The notes under the pieces were generated by a model. It was given only the letters and a program-made list of their open reading frames with translations, was not told where the DNA came from and made no database searches. A DNA stretch of 63,111 bases, the filler included, from Octopus bimaculoides (lineage: Eukaryota), in NCBI RefSeq assembly GCF_001194135.2. It is 4 parts of 4 records of this genome, joined end to end, with 100 filler letters (N's around TTAATTAATTAA, not from the genome) between each part and the next. Parts side by side here need not be neighbours in the genome. Positions count along the whole stretch, not along the records: positions 60,739 to 63,111 come from NC_069010.1; 3 more parts are not named here. One strand, written 5' to 3'. Position numbers and translations under genes: made by a program. Below are positions 63,090-63,111 of this stretch, one piece after another (position 1 is the first letter of the stretch; the number at the start of each line of letters is the position of its first letter).

Positions 63090-63111
63090 TCCTATCATTT
63101 ACCTATATATA

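Overview
AT-rich, microsatellite-saturated, gappy eukaryotic DNA. The SINE families look like those of Octopus (coleoid cephalopod); this rests on recognition only and was not verified by search. Most of the window is decayed mobile DNA: tRNA-derived SINEs, R4/Dong-like, RTE and Tx1/L1-like LINE fragments, a Penelope-like (PLE) GIY-YIG fragment, Tc1/mariner relics, a deleted Helitron and a rearranged Ty3/Gypsy element. The only well-supported host coding sequence is one symmetrical (phase 1-1) sushi/CCP exon on the minus strand (16618-16782), followed by a candidate 32-nt microexon that is present twice. Main points of interest: (1) a repeat with a tRNA-like head and a minimal hammerhead ribozyme in two inverted copies (54.27-54.85 kb), whose head also lies just after the stop codon of a PLE endonuclease ORF (41.5 kb); (2) a second repeat family with a hammerhead-like fold carrying a CUGUNGA core; (3) a Gypsy element bounded by inverted rather than direct LTRs; (4) an 8-kb nest in which one LINE is split by microsatellite-targeted insertions at its own Ile-Ile-Ile codons and at an AGATAGA site. 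Most entries in the ORF track are microsatellite or gap artefacts. Repeat coordinates are read by eye and approximate.
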